Origin: Chiloscyllium plagiosum
Taxonomy: Eukaryota
DNA length: 64,000 bases
Reading direction: 5' to 3'
Assembly: GCF_004010195.1 (NCBI RefSeq)
Contig: NC_057759.1
Coordinates: 510,264 to 574,263 of the forward strand
Part shown: positions 23,746 to 34,864 of the stretch, in pieces
Layout of the letters: the number at the start of each line of letters is the position of its first letter
Numbering within the stretch: the first letter of the stretch is position 1
The notes under the pieces: model-generated
Seen by the model: the letters and a program-made list of their open reading frames with translations, nothing else
What the model was told of the DNA's origin: nothing
Database searches by the model: none
Program-made: the position numbers and the translations under genes

Positions 23746-24394
23746 ACAAATAAAGACTGAAAATGAAAATGGAATATTTAATGTGTGTAGATGTACCCGA
23801 ATCCCATTCAAAGGACAATGTTGAGTTTACACCATTGTAATTTGTCAATTTTGAAATGCTGTATAATTTGCTTTAATAAATTTGAGGAACAAACGTTAAT
23901 ATGTACTTATCCACTTCGCTGAGACATCTCGATTTTTTAATGTACTCATGGCCAGCAATTATTACCTCCCCTCAATTGTCCTTGAAAGATTGTTGGTGAG
24001 CTGCCTTGTTGAATTGCAGTTAAGCTGCCATGTACAATGGAAAGCATATTCTCCAAGCTATGTCCTGATGTTCAATGTCTATTGAAGATTTTTGTTTCAG
24101 CGATAATGGCCAGAATGTGGAGTACTGAAAATAGAACTGCACTTGTCTAAAGGAGCATCAAGGCAGTCGAAGATTCATTCTGTTTTAACACATGTAAATT
24201 ACAATCTGAATATATTTTGTTGTATCTCATCAATATCGATCTCATTTTAATATAATTTTACCTTCAAAACATTTCCTCTGAATAAAGCTGCTCCCTTTTG
24301 CCTTTTAATTCAATGATCAGAACACCAGCTAAATTATTCATTTTGCAGGTTTGTTCAATGCATTCAGTTCAGCGGTTTCATCCCTGCCTGTCCC

Positions 24395-24885
24395 TACAGC
24401 GTAGGGTCAGGAGTGGGCTGTTTGCTGATGATTGCACAATGTTCAACACCATTCACCACTGCTCAGATACTGAGACAGACCATGTTCAAATGCAAAGAGA
24501 TTTCGACAATATCCAGGCGGAGTCTAATAAGCAGCATGGCAAGCACTGACCATCACACTCCACAGATGTTGCCAGATCTGCTGACTTCCTCCATTACTGT
24601 CTGTGTGCAGGACAAAACTTGTAGAATGGAAATGAGCAGGAATTTCTTTGGCCGGATGGATGTGATTCTGTGGAAGATTTTTGCTGCAGAGAGCCGTGGG
24701 GATCAAGATATTGAGTGTCTTTAAGACAGAGGTAGACAGTCTCTCGATTGGTGAGGGAATCAAGGGTTACCGGGAGAACGCAAAAGAATGGAGTTGAGAA
24801 ACATTTTAGCCATGAGCAATTGGTGGAGCAGGCCTGATGGGCTGAACGGCCTCATGCTGCCCCTATATCTTGCGGCCTTCTGTCT
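24395..24885 (+). mobile_element. L2/CR1-like RT fragment (FADDCTMF) followed by a CR1 3' tail
   Basis: ORF 24298 contains GLFADDCTMFNTI. 24610-24885 is a CR1 tail (gggctgaacggcctcatgctgcccctata). Confidence 0.7.
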
Positions 24886-25699
24886 GCTGGTCTAGGAAAG
24901 GAGCCAATAGTTTCTTCACTGAAGGACATTAATGAACTAGGTGGGACAATCAACAGGTCAAATCATTTGAAGAAAATGAAAATGCTGATCTCCCTTATGG
25001 GACTGTCGAATAAATAAAGTATAAATGGTGGTGCTTCTGCAACATGTCACAGTTGTCACTGGCTGGAATTCAGTTTGTCCATTACCAATACCAATTGTTG
25101 ATTCTCCCATATGAGTATTCCCTTCAGGAACTTTTCCATTTCACTGTTGAGAGACACAAATGGACATTATATTTATGCTAAAGGAAAATGTTCCACTTCT
25201 TAACTTCTTGCAGAGTGAAAAAATACTTGTTCATTTCCATCTTCTACACTCAGTTAGCAATCATAACTCTAGCGAGTCCCCCAAATGGAAAATGTGCACC
25301 TCTCTCTAATTTTCTTAGAATACCTGCGGCATTGCGCAGCTCCCACCAACATCCTGTCAAAATGGATATATTCAAAATAGGAAATTCCATCATCTTGCAT
25401 CTATCCAACTTAAGGAATGTTATTTGTCCTTTGAACTAGCTGGTTCGGTCTTGTCAGTGGGACAAACCCTACTAGAAGCGATGGCGATGTTACCTGGGAC
25501 GTAGTCCTGTTCACATAACAGGATGGACAATGCTATAGTGACAATGTCTCAATTTTGCTTGATTAATCTGTGAGAAATATAGGGCAGGTCACTTTACATT
25601 CTGTACATCTTGTTAAATGAACAGTTAATTTCACTTTATTTCTTACATATTTTCAAATAAACCAAACATATTGTTTTTCAGTTGAAAACAATTGAACAA

Positions 25700-26450
25700 A
25701 GGACAAAGCACAAAAGTAATGACAGCACAGGAAAAACGCCTTCGGCTCTGCAAGCCTGCGCCAAACCAGATAGCCGATCTAAACCAACTATTTTCTAAAG
25801 CCCATAACCCTTGACTCCCTGCCCATTCATATATCTGTCTATCATAACATCTTAAATGACGCTATCATTCCACCTCTACCTCCTCTATTGTCAATGCATT
25901 CCAGGCCCACACCACCATCTGCATAACGAACCTCCCCTAAATCTTTCCCAGTCACTTTGAAATCGTGACCCCGAGTAATTGGATTCTGCGCTGTGGGAAA
26001 AAAAACTTCTTGCTATCAACCCTGTTTATACCTCTCATGATTTTGTGGACCTCAATCAGGTCCGATCACAACCAGGTCCCCCCTCAACCTCCGCCTTTTA
26101 AAGAAATTTCTAATCTATTCAACATATCTTCATAGCTAGCGCCCTTGATACCACAAAAGATCCTGGTGAACTCCTCTGCACCCTCTCCAAAACATCCACA
26201 TCCTCTTGTTAATATGCGGACCAAACTGTATGCAGTACTCCAAATGCAGCCGAACCAAAGTCCTATACAACAATAACGTGACCTGCCAACCTTTGCACTG
26301 AGTACCCCGACAATGAAGGTAAGCATGCTTTATGCCTTTTTGACCACTTTAATGACCTTCGTTGTCACCTTCATGGAACTAAGGACCTGAACACCCAGAT
26401 CTTTCTGTACGCCAATTTTCCCCAGGACTGTATAGTTAACATTTGAATTG
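25700..26450 (-). mobile_element. Decayed CR1 3' portion
   Basis: Minus ORFs read QKDLGVQVLSSMKVTTKVIKVVKKA and FTRIFCGIKGASYEDMLNRL. Confidence 0.85.
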
Positions 26451-28737
26451 GATTTGGCTATACAGTTCTCTCTTGAAATGGATTTTACTGTGCAGTTAGC
26501 TCTTGAATCGGTTTCGCTCTTGAAATAAACAATCAATAAATTACCAGAGCACGCAAGTAACTATTAGTGACTGTAGTAAACAGCTGATTCATTTTCAGAT
26601 CAGTGAACACACCAGTATTGGTATCAGTAAAGCTGTTGAAAATGACTTTGCAAAAAAAAAAACCTGAATTAAGAAACAGTGCTACAGGGTCTCACAACTA
26701 CCTCGAAAACACTGCCCATCTCCAAAATATGCACAGAGAATTTCCAAACTGGAGCTGGACAGTTATTCACATAATCCATCACAACAGATCAGGTATATAT
26801 GTACAACAGAGAAATGCATAGCCAAAGGACTAGCATCGGGTTTGATGCTTGTCCAAACACTGTTCAACATTTGCAAAACTCAACTGACAACAAGCATGTC
26901 TTGCAAGTTTATCTCTTCTGCTGTGCGATCGAAATACAGTAATTCTGTACCTTGGACCCGATCCTGAATAAAGGTGTTATAAAAGTGATGGACTCCTGCA
27001 GCACATGGCGTCTTACATTGAATCCCCCATAAACCTTATCCAGTGCATGTCAGCTCCACAACGTCAGTATCCAAATAGAATTGTATAGCCAAATTGGTGG
27101 CCAACATGATCCCAGCCCAACATGCTTCTTTGTTACTTGTAAATGTTTGCAGCATTGGTCTAACAATTAACAGCAAAGCCTCTTTACTGAAGGCTCGACA
27201 TCATTTGAAAATACCCACTTTTCAGTTGTCCAATAAGCACAAAATCCACCCATTTGTTCAGTTCAGATTTATGACAACAATGTGATGAAAACAGTGAACA
27301 ACTCACAGTACGGGGCTTTGAACAGATGAATCTCGTTACCACACTTTGAAATTATCAGGGTTTTTTCCCTTGAAATAATGCGGTGTACTGATATTCACAC
27401 ACAATCATTTTCATGGCAACAATATTACAGCTTTCTAAACATTCTCCAGTCAGATACGAGTACATTTTCAATTGTTTCTGTCCATCACACAGGTCAGTAA
27501 TGTGCTATGTGAATGTTAGTGTCTGTGCGATGTTAGGTATGTAGGCCAGGTCTCAGAAATACATCTGTTCACAACAAACAAGGTACTGACTGAACCTAAC
27601 CAGCCTGCACTCACAAAAACGCAAAACTCAGTGTCCAGCATTGCTCACGTTTAGACAATACTTTGCATAGTAATTTTTTAAGGGAATGTTATTGATTCAT
27701 TATTTATTGCCCATCCCTTGTTGCCTTTAAGAAGGTGTTGCTGATCTGCCACATTGAAACACTTGAGCTCACGATTGAGCATATGCAGTAGGTAAAATTA
27801 CAATGCCATTGGCGAGGGAACTTCCAAAAGTGAAATTGAAAGAAACAGCAATACACTTCCAAATCAAGATGGTGGTTGGCTTGGAACGGAAATTGCGCAT
27901 GTCCTTCTTGATGGTGGTCATTTCAGAGGAGCATTGCAAGGAGTTTTGGCAAATTTCTGCATTGCACCGTGTAGATAGCAGTCATTGCTGCTACTACGTG
28001 TCAATGGATAAAGGGTGAAGCTGCACTCAACCAGGCAAATGTGGAGTATTTCATCGCACACACAATCAATGTGTATATTATAGGTGGTGGGCAGGCTTTC
28101 GGAAATCATGAGGTGAGCTATTGCTGCAGGGGATTCCTAGCCCCTGAAATATTCTTGTAGCTAATTCACTTTCTGCGTCGAAAGGTGTGGCGCTAGTATA
28201 GCACAACAAGTCAGGCAGCATGTGAGGCGCAGAAGAGTTGACATTTTTCCATGAGCCCTTCAGAGGAATAGGTAATAGATTTATGTGAATAGTTAGTTCT
28301 GGTATGTTGCTAGCTGGGAGTTCAGTGATGGTGATAGCATTGAATGTTAGAGATGTGGTTCAATTCTGATTGTTAAAGGTGATCGTTGTCTGGCACATGT
28401 GCAATGCAAATTTTACTTGTCGGTTAAGCACATGCCTGAATATTTTGCTTATCTGATTAATCATGAATGGTGTTGAACATTGTCCAATCATGACAAACAC
28501 CCCCACTTGTGATTTTACGGTGGAGGGATGGTAATTTGTGAAGCAGTTGAAGACTGTTGGGCCTAGGACACAGAACACTCTTATAATTTACTTTTAGTGT
28601 CTCTCCCTCTGAGCCTGAAAACTTACTTCATGTTCGATCTTCTCCATACTTGTGTAACAATATATCTGAACAGATTAATATTAAAAAAGTAACCTATGGA
28701 GCTGAGAGAGGACATGGTTAGCCTAATCAGTTGGACG

Positions 28738-28946
28738 AGAAAGTGAGGACTGCAGATGCTGGAGATCAGAGCTGAAAATGTGTTGCTGGAAAAGCTCAGC
28801 AGGTCAGGCAGCATCCAAGGAACAGGAGAATCGACGTTCCGGGCATTAGCCCTTCCTGAAGAAGGGCTTATGCCCGAAACGTCGATTCTCCTGTTCCTTG
28901 GATGCTGCCTGACCTGCTGCGCTTTTCCAGCAACACATTTTCAGCT
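28738..28946. mobile_element. Palindromic PLE-derived insertion (family A) with an intact hammerhead core on the plus strand
   Basis: Near-perfect inverted repeat centred at ~28857. CTGAAGA at 28856-28862, gggc-ttat-gccc, GAAA at 28876-28879, then CGTC. Direct repeat CTAA(T/G)CAGTTGGACG at 28723-28737 and 28947-28961. Confidence 0.9.
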
Positions 28947-28975
28947 CTAAGCAGTTGGACGGCTAGTTTTTAAAT

Positions 28976-29165
28976 GGAGAAAGTGAGGACTGCAGATGCT
29001 GGAGATCCGAGTCAAGGAGTGTGGTGCTGAAAAGCACCAGTTGTCAAGCAGCATCTGAGGAGCAGGAGAATTCTGATTACTGAAGAAGGGCTTATGCTCG
29101 ATAGATCGACTCTTCTGCTCCTCGGATGCCGCCTGACAGTCTTTGCTTTTCCAGCATCACACTCT
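28976..29165. mobile_element. Older palindromic PLE-derived element (family A)
   Basis: ggagaaagtgaggactgcagatgctggagatc...CTGAAGAagggcttatgctcgatagatcgactc...tttccagcatcacactc; degenerate arms. Confidence 0.75.
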
Positions 29166-29419
29166 TTGGCTACTTTGTAATGTAAATTAATGCCAGCAGT
29201 ATGGGCCAAATTCCTGCACTGACTGAGGGGAATGTAAAGGATGGTCTCCTCAACGTCCCCCTTACATGAGGCATGGTAACTGTCCAGTTAAACTGTTCTC
29301 CGTCTAACGAGAGAACAAGCCTATCATCCCGTCTGGTTATGGTTCCTTACCTTACCATTTCTGATCGAGAGGCTTATCCAGAAAAACCTCCCTCGGGAAC
29401 TGTTGTAGAACTACCGTGT

Positions 29420-29745
29420 GGGCGGCACGGTGGCAGTGGGCGGCATGGTGGCACAGTGGTTAGCACTGCTGCCTCACAGCGCCAGAGACCCGGGTTCAAT
29501 TCCCGCCTCAGGCGACTGACTGTGTGGAGTTTCCACGTTCTCCCCATGTCTGCGTGGGTTTCCTCCGGGTGCTCTGGTTTCCTCCCACAGTCCAAAGATG
29601 TGCAGGGTCAGGTGAATTGGCCATGCTAAATTGCCCATAGTGTTAGGTAAGTGGTAAATGTAGGGGTATGAGTGCACTTCGGCGGGTTGGTGTGGACTTG
29701 TTGGGCTGAAGGGCCTGTTTCCACACTGTAAGTAATCTAATCTAT
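29420..29745 (+). mobile_element. HE1-type V-SINE, young, with a duplicated 5' end
   Basis: Starts gggcggcacggtggcagt + gggcggcatggtggcacagtggttagc; intact V-domain; tail gtaagtaatctaatcta. Confidence 0.95.
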
Positions 29746-30132
29746 CCTGGAACTGAGATGGCTGCTCTCAACCAATTCCAAACATCTTCCTTTGTACTCG
29801 GTATGACTTCAAACAGTGCAGATTCCCATTTGCCCCAGTTTTACCATTAAATCTTGATACTAGACTTGGTCAAATGCAGTTATGATTATGTTAAGTGTAG
29901 TCACTCTCACCTCGCTTCGAGAGTTCAGCTGTATGTTTTCTTCTTGTCCATCTTTAAATCAAGGCTCCAATGAGGTAACGGAATGAATGGCCCTGGCTGA
30001 GCCCAAACTGCGCTTCATTGAGCAGGTGGGTGCTCAGGAAGCGTTGCTTGATACCACTGTCGATGACATCTTTCAACACTTAATAGATGAGACTGATGGG
30101 GCAAACATTGATTGTCTGACACGCGTGTGTGC

Positions 30133-30136
<4 letters not shown>

Positions 30137-30220
<84 letters not shown>
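30137..30220. repeat. (GT)n microsatellite
   Basis: Uninterrupted run of about 40 GT units. Confidence 0.98.
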
Positions 30221-30224
<4 letters not shown>

Positions 30225-30396
30225 TTATGGGACACACCTGGATAGTTTCCCAAATTTTAAAGTAGGTGCCAGTGCTGTCGCGCAGCCAGAACAGCTTAAA
30301 TGAAATGTTATCAGGGCCCACAGCCTTTGCATTATCCAACCCCTCCAGCTGATTGTAGATACCACACACAACAAAATCGAATTAGACTAAAAATCA

Positions 30397-30862
30397 GATA
30401 ACACCAGGTCATAGTCCAACAGCTTATTTGGAGGCACTAACTTTCGAAGTACTGCTTCTTTATCAGGTTTAGATTAGATTAGATTAGATTAGATTAGATT
30501 ACAGTGTGGAAACAGGCCCTTCGGCCCAACAAGTTCACACCGACCCGCCGAAGCGCAACCCACCCATAGCCCGACATTTACCCCTTACCTAACACTCCGG
30601 GACAATTTAGCATGGCCAATTCACCTGACCCTGCACATCTTTGGACTGTGGGAGGAAACCGGAGCACCCGGAGGAAACCCACGCAGACACGGGGAGAATG
30701 TGCAAACTCCACACAGTCAGTCGTTCTTCTTCATCACCACCTGATGAAGGAATAGGTCTTCGAAAGCCAGTGCCTCCAAATAGACTTGTTGGACTATGAC
30801 CTGGTGTTGTGTGATTTGGAACTTTGTCCACTCCAGACCAATACTGTCTCCTTCAAATCATG
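30397..30862. mobile_element. Palindromic PLE-related element (family C) split by an HE1 SINE
   Basis: Left arm acaccaggtcatagtccaacagcttatttggaggcac; right arm gtgcctccaaatagacttgttggactatgacctggtgt. The core reads cacCTGATGAaggaataggtcttcGAAAgccagtg. Confidence 0.75.
30469..30722 (-). mobile_element. 5'-truncated HE1 V-SINE with (TAATC)n tail
   Basis: Reverse complement of the HE1 body (ggaggaaacccacgcagacacggggagaatgtgcaaactccacacagtcagtcg) with (TTAGA)n at 30469-30500. Confidence 0.93.
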
Positions 30863-32039
30863 AATCAAATTAGCTGAAGCCTGCCATCTGAGTGAGATTA
30901 AAGTAAATCATCCCAGCCACACCTTTATCTGAAAAATGTTATGAATGTTTCAGTTTTATCTTTTCCCTTGTTGTTTTGGGCTCTTCCATCATTGAGGAAG
31001 GTGATATTTGTGGAAGCTCCTCCTCCCATAAGTTGTTTGATGATCCAGCACCACTCTGTCTGAATGGATGTGACAGCAGTACAGAGATCACATCTCATTA
31101 GTTGATTCGGGTTTCACTTAGATCTGTGTATCACTTGCTGTTATGCTATTTGTTGAATAGGTGGTCCTGTTTGGTAACTTCACTTCGTTTTTTAAGTGTA
31201 TCGGGTGTTGCTCTTGGCAAGCACTCCTGTATTCGTCATTGAAGAATGGTTTATCCCCTGTCCTGATGGTCAGGGTAAGGTGGAGCATATATCAGCCAGT
31301 GACAGTGAAAATTGCGCTGAAGTACAATTCTGCTGCTGTTGGTAATGTCTCGAATCACTTGACAACCCAGTTCTGGGTTACTAGATATATTAGAAATCGA
31401 TCCCGTTTGGCACAGTGGGTAGTTTTACTCGTTCCCTGAGGGTATTCACAATGTAAAAGTTGGACTTTGTCTCCAGAACTATTGTATGTTGTAGTCAGTG
31501 TTACCAATATGGCCATTGATCAACGTGTCTGCAGCCGGTAGATTGATGATGATGAGGTCAGGTATGTTTCTCCCTCTTTCTCGTTCCCTCCCCAGCCACC
31601 ACATGCACAGTCGAGCAGCTATGCCATTTTGGACCCATCCATCTTGATCATAAACGTTGCTGCCTAACAGTCTTGGTGGTGGTTTTGAAATGGCCCACCC
31701 AGTAAACATTCTGCAGCGTTGTCACTCTCTCCGTGCTTCCTCCAAGTGTTGTTCAATATGCAGGAACACCGATCCATTAGCTGAGGGATGGGAGTCAGCA
31801 GAAGGTTTCCGTGTCAACATTTGACCTGACACCATGAGGCTTTGTTACGTCATGTTGTTGCTTGAACTGTCTATAGGAAAGTTCTGAAAGTTCTGGCACT
31901 GGCCCCCGGACGTTAGGAAGGAGGAATTTGGACGGTCAACAGGGCTTTTTTTTGTCACTGTCAACTGAAAGGCCTCTCCTGTGCTGTGTGACACAGACCC
32001 TATGATTCTTGTCATTGTACTCTACAAAGTCTCACTCTT

Positions 32040-34810
32040 TTATTTCTTCTCAGTGCCTTGCCTATTCAACGATTTCCACATTTTTTTCTCAACCACGTCA
32101 TTGTGTAACGCAGTTTGTAACCTACCCACCTATCTCTCTGTAAATATTCCTGTCATTTCCTTCAGACGCTACATCCATCTCTATCTCAGTAACCCACCTT
32201 AACGCCATAATCTTCATCAATGACCTACAACTGTAAATTCCTTCAGAATCTTTACTACTCCCTATTTACCTAACTTCATCCAAACTCTGCATCACCTCCT
32301 TATTTCTCTGACGTCCTGGAAACCCTACACACCTCTCTATCTCTCTAACCTCGTCCAACATCTACGTATCTCCCTTTATCTTAACTTCCTCCAACTCCTA
32401 AACCATTCCCTAATTCTGTAATTTACTCCAGACAGTACAAACCCTACAGATCCCTCTAACGTGCTCTTGAATGCACAATCCAACCTGTCACTATATCTTC
32501 CTCCAGTACCTACATATGACCTCGCACCTGTAAATTAACCCAGCCCCTGCACGATTCCCTATCGCTGTAAATTAGTTCAACCCCTAAAAACCCTACATAA
32601 ATCTCTAACCTGTTCTGTAATGTACAATCCACTCTAACACGCTAATGCCCTCTAGCATCTAAAGTCCCCCTGATCTTGGTAATTTACTCCAGCATCGACA
32701 TCCCTGCAATTTGTTCAGGACCTCCACACATCCCAATCTCTGTAACCTCCATCAGCCACCCGTCCCCACCTGATCTTTGTAAACCTCATCAAACACAGCA
32801 AGTCCTCCTGCTCTCTGTAACTTACTCTAGCTTCTACCTCCCTCCTTATATCTCTAGCATCTCCCAGCACGTATATTAATTCCTATGCATATAACCTCCA
32901 CCAATTTTTAAATCTGTCCCCGTCGCAGTAACAACACCCAGCCACTACAGATCCCTCCTCCAATCTCTGTAACCACCTCTAGCCACTACACCCGTCCATA
33001 TCTGTGTAACCTCCTCTAACCGGTCCACCCACCAAACTCTGTAAACCTCATGCAATTCCTACATTGCTCCTGACCGCTGTAACCTGCTCCAGCCTCTACA
33101 TTCCTCCCTATATCTGTGACATCCTTCAGCATCTACACCCATTCTAGTATGTATAACTTCCACCAACACTTGCATTCTTCACCATCGCTATAATCACAGC
33201 CAACTGTACAGCCGTTCCTGTCTCTATTACCTCCTCCAGCTTCTACACCCCGCCCTGCCTCTGTGGCCTCCTCCAATCATTTCACTCCTCCCTCTCTCTG
33301 TTACCTCCTCCAGCTACTACACCTGAGCCAGCTATTCTAGCCCTTTTTTTTATCGGTGTGAACTTCTCCAAAACCCACACTCCTCGCTATCTCTGCAATG
33401 TCCTACAGCCAATACTCCCCTCCATATCTGTCTTGGCCTCCATCATCTGCAAACTTTCTTGTCTCAATCACCACCTCCAGACACACCCTCGTCATCTCTA
33501 TTATCTCCTCCAGCACCTGCAACACTCCCTATTCCTGAAAACGTTTCCACCTCTAACAGCCTCACCTAATTGAGTAGCATCCTCCAGCGAGACACTCTTC
33601 CTTACTTCGGTAACACCTCCTAACCCTAGACCGTTCCTTATTTCAGTAACCTCCATCACCCATTTCTGCCCTTCCTGTCACTGTAACCACATATATTCCT
33701 CTCTATCTCAGTAAGATCCAACCCGTACACTCCTCCTGATCACTTTAAACTCCAACAGTCCATACATATTTCCTGATTTCAGTACCCTCCTGCAGCCCCT
33801 ACAAACTCTCCCTTCTCTGTACTCATCTCAAACAGAAACATCCATCCATATTCCTATAAGTTCCTCTGGCCTCCACATACGTGCCGATTTCTGCACTCAT
33901 TCCTGTTTCTGTAACCTCCTCCAGCCCTGACATCCCTCGCTAGCTCTGGAACCTGCTTCTGCCCCAACAAACTTCTCACTGGAAACTCCACTAGCTATTC
34001 CAGTTTTCCCAATCACTATGACCTCCTGCAATATGTATCGTTCTATATCTTTGTAACCTCTGACACTGCTCCTTATACTCTGTAAGGAGCAGTCATCCCT
34101 CCCATTCTGCGAAACACTCTCCAGTGCAACATACCTATCTCGGAAGCATGACCTAGCCGCTTCACCCCTCTTTATTTGTGCAATCCTCACAGTATTGTTA
34201 TAACCCGTACCAGCAACTACATCTTATCGTATCTCTCAAATGCCCAACAGCCCCAGTTTCCTTCCTTTTCTTTTTAGCTTCCAACAGCTCCTTAACCCAA
34301 GCCTCCTTATCACTGTGACGTTCACTAGCACCTATGTCCCTCCGATCTGTGCAGACTCCACCTCCACCTTCATTTATCGATTTCATTGTGGACTCCACCA
34401 GCACTTATATACATCCATATCCCTCCAAGCAACTCCAGCACCTACGGCCCTCATGATCGCTGTAAATTTCTCAAGCCACTACATCCTTCCCTATATCAGT
34501 TAACACATTTCCTCCTATCTCTGTTACGTCAACCAGCTTCTACAACACTCCATATGTCTGTCACGTTCTGCAGTCGTTAAACACCTTCTTATTTCTATAT
34601 CCTTCTCTAGAACTCACACTCTCACTAATTCTAGCATCAATTGCAGCGCAATTCCATCCTTATCACAGCAAGCTCCTCAAGCATTTGTTCACTCCTATCC
34701 ATGTATCCTTCTCTAGCACCTGCACTATATGCTATCTTTATATTCTTTGCAAGCACCGATACTCCTCCCTATTTCTAAAACCTCCTCCAACCTGTGTATT
34801 TCACCATCCC
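32040..34810. repeat. Degenerate C/T-rich minisatellite, unit ~35-37 bp
   Basis: Recurrent ctctgtaacctcctccagc...ctacac...ccct motif; the plus strand is strongly depleted in G. Confidence 0.8.
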
Positions 34811-34864
34811 GAAAGAGTTACCTCTTGAATTGGCAGTCTCCATTTCAGCTCTGGGAGTTAAGAG

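Larger units (their letters stand above)
27690..31840 (-). mobile_element. Fragmented L2/CR1-like LINE (minus) interrupted by PLE, SINE and microsatellite insertions
   Basis: Minus-strand fragments read VLGPTVFNCFTNYHPSTVKSQVGVF (28360-28578) and LDNAKAVGPDNI (30300-30350). Endonuclease-like segments lie at 31200-31800 and a 3' tail at ~27700. Continuity between the pieces is inferred. Confidence 0.6.

Noticed and set aside
29987..30369. ORFs with CVCVCV / THTHTH repeats
   Set aside because: They are translations of a (GT)n microsatellite; the same applies to 11905-12294 and 42051-42416.
32040..34810. Possible CRISPR array or mucin-like coding repeat
   Set aside because: The context is eukaryotic, there are no identical repeats with unique spacers, and there is no long open frame.
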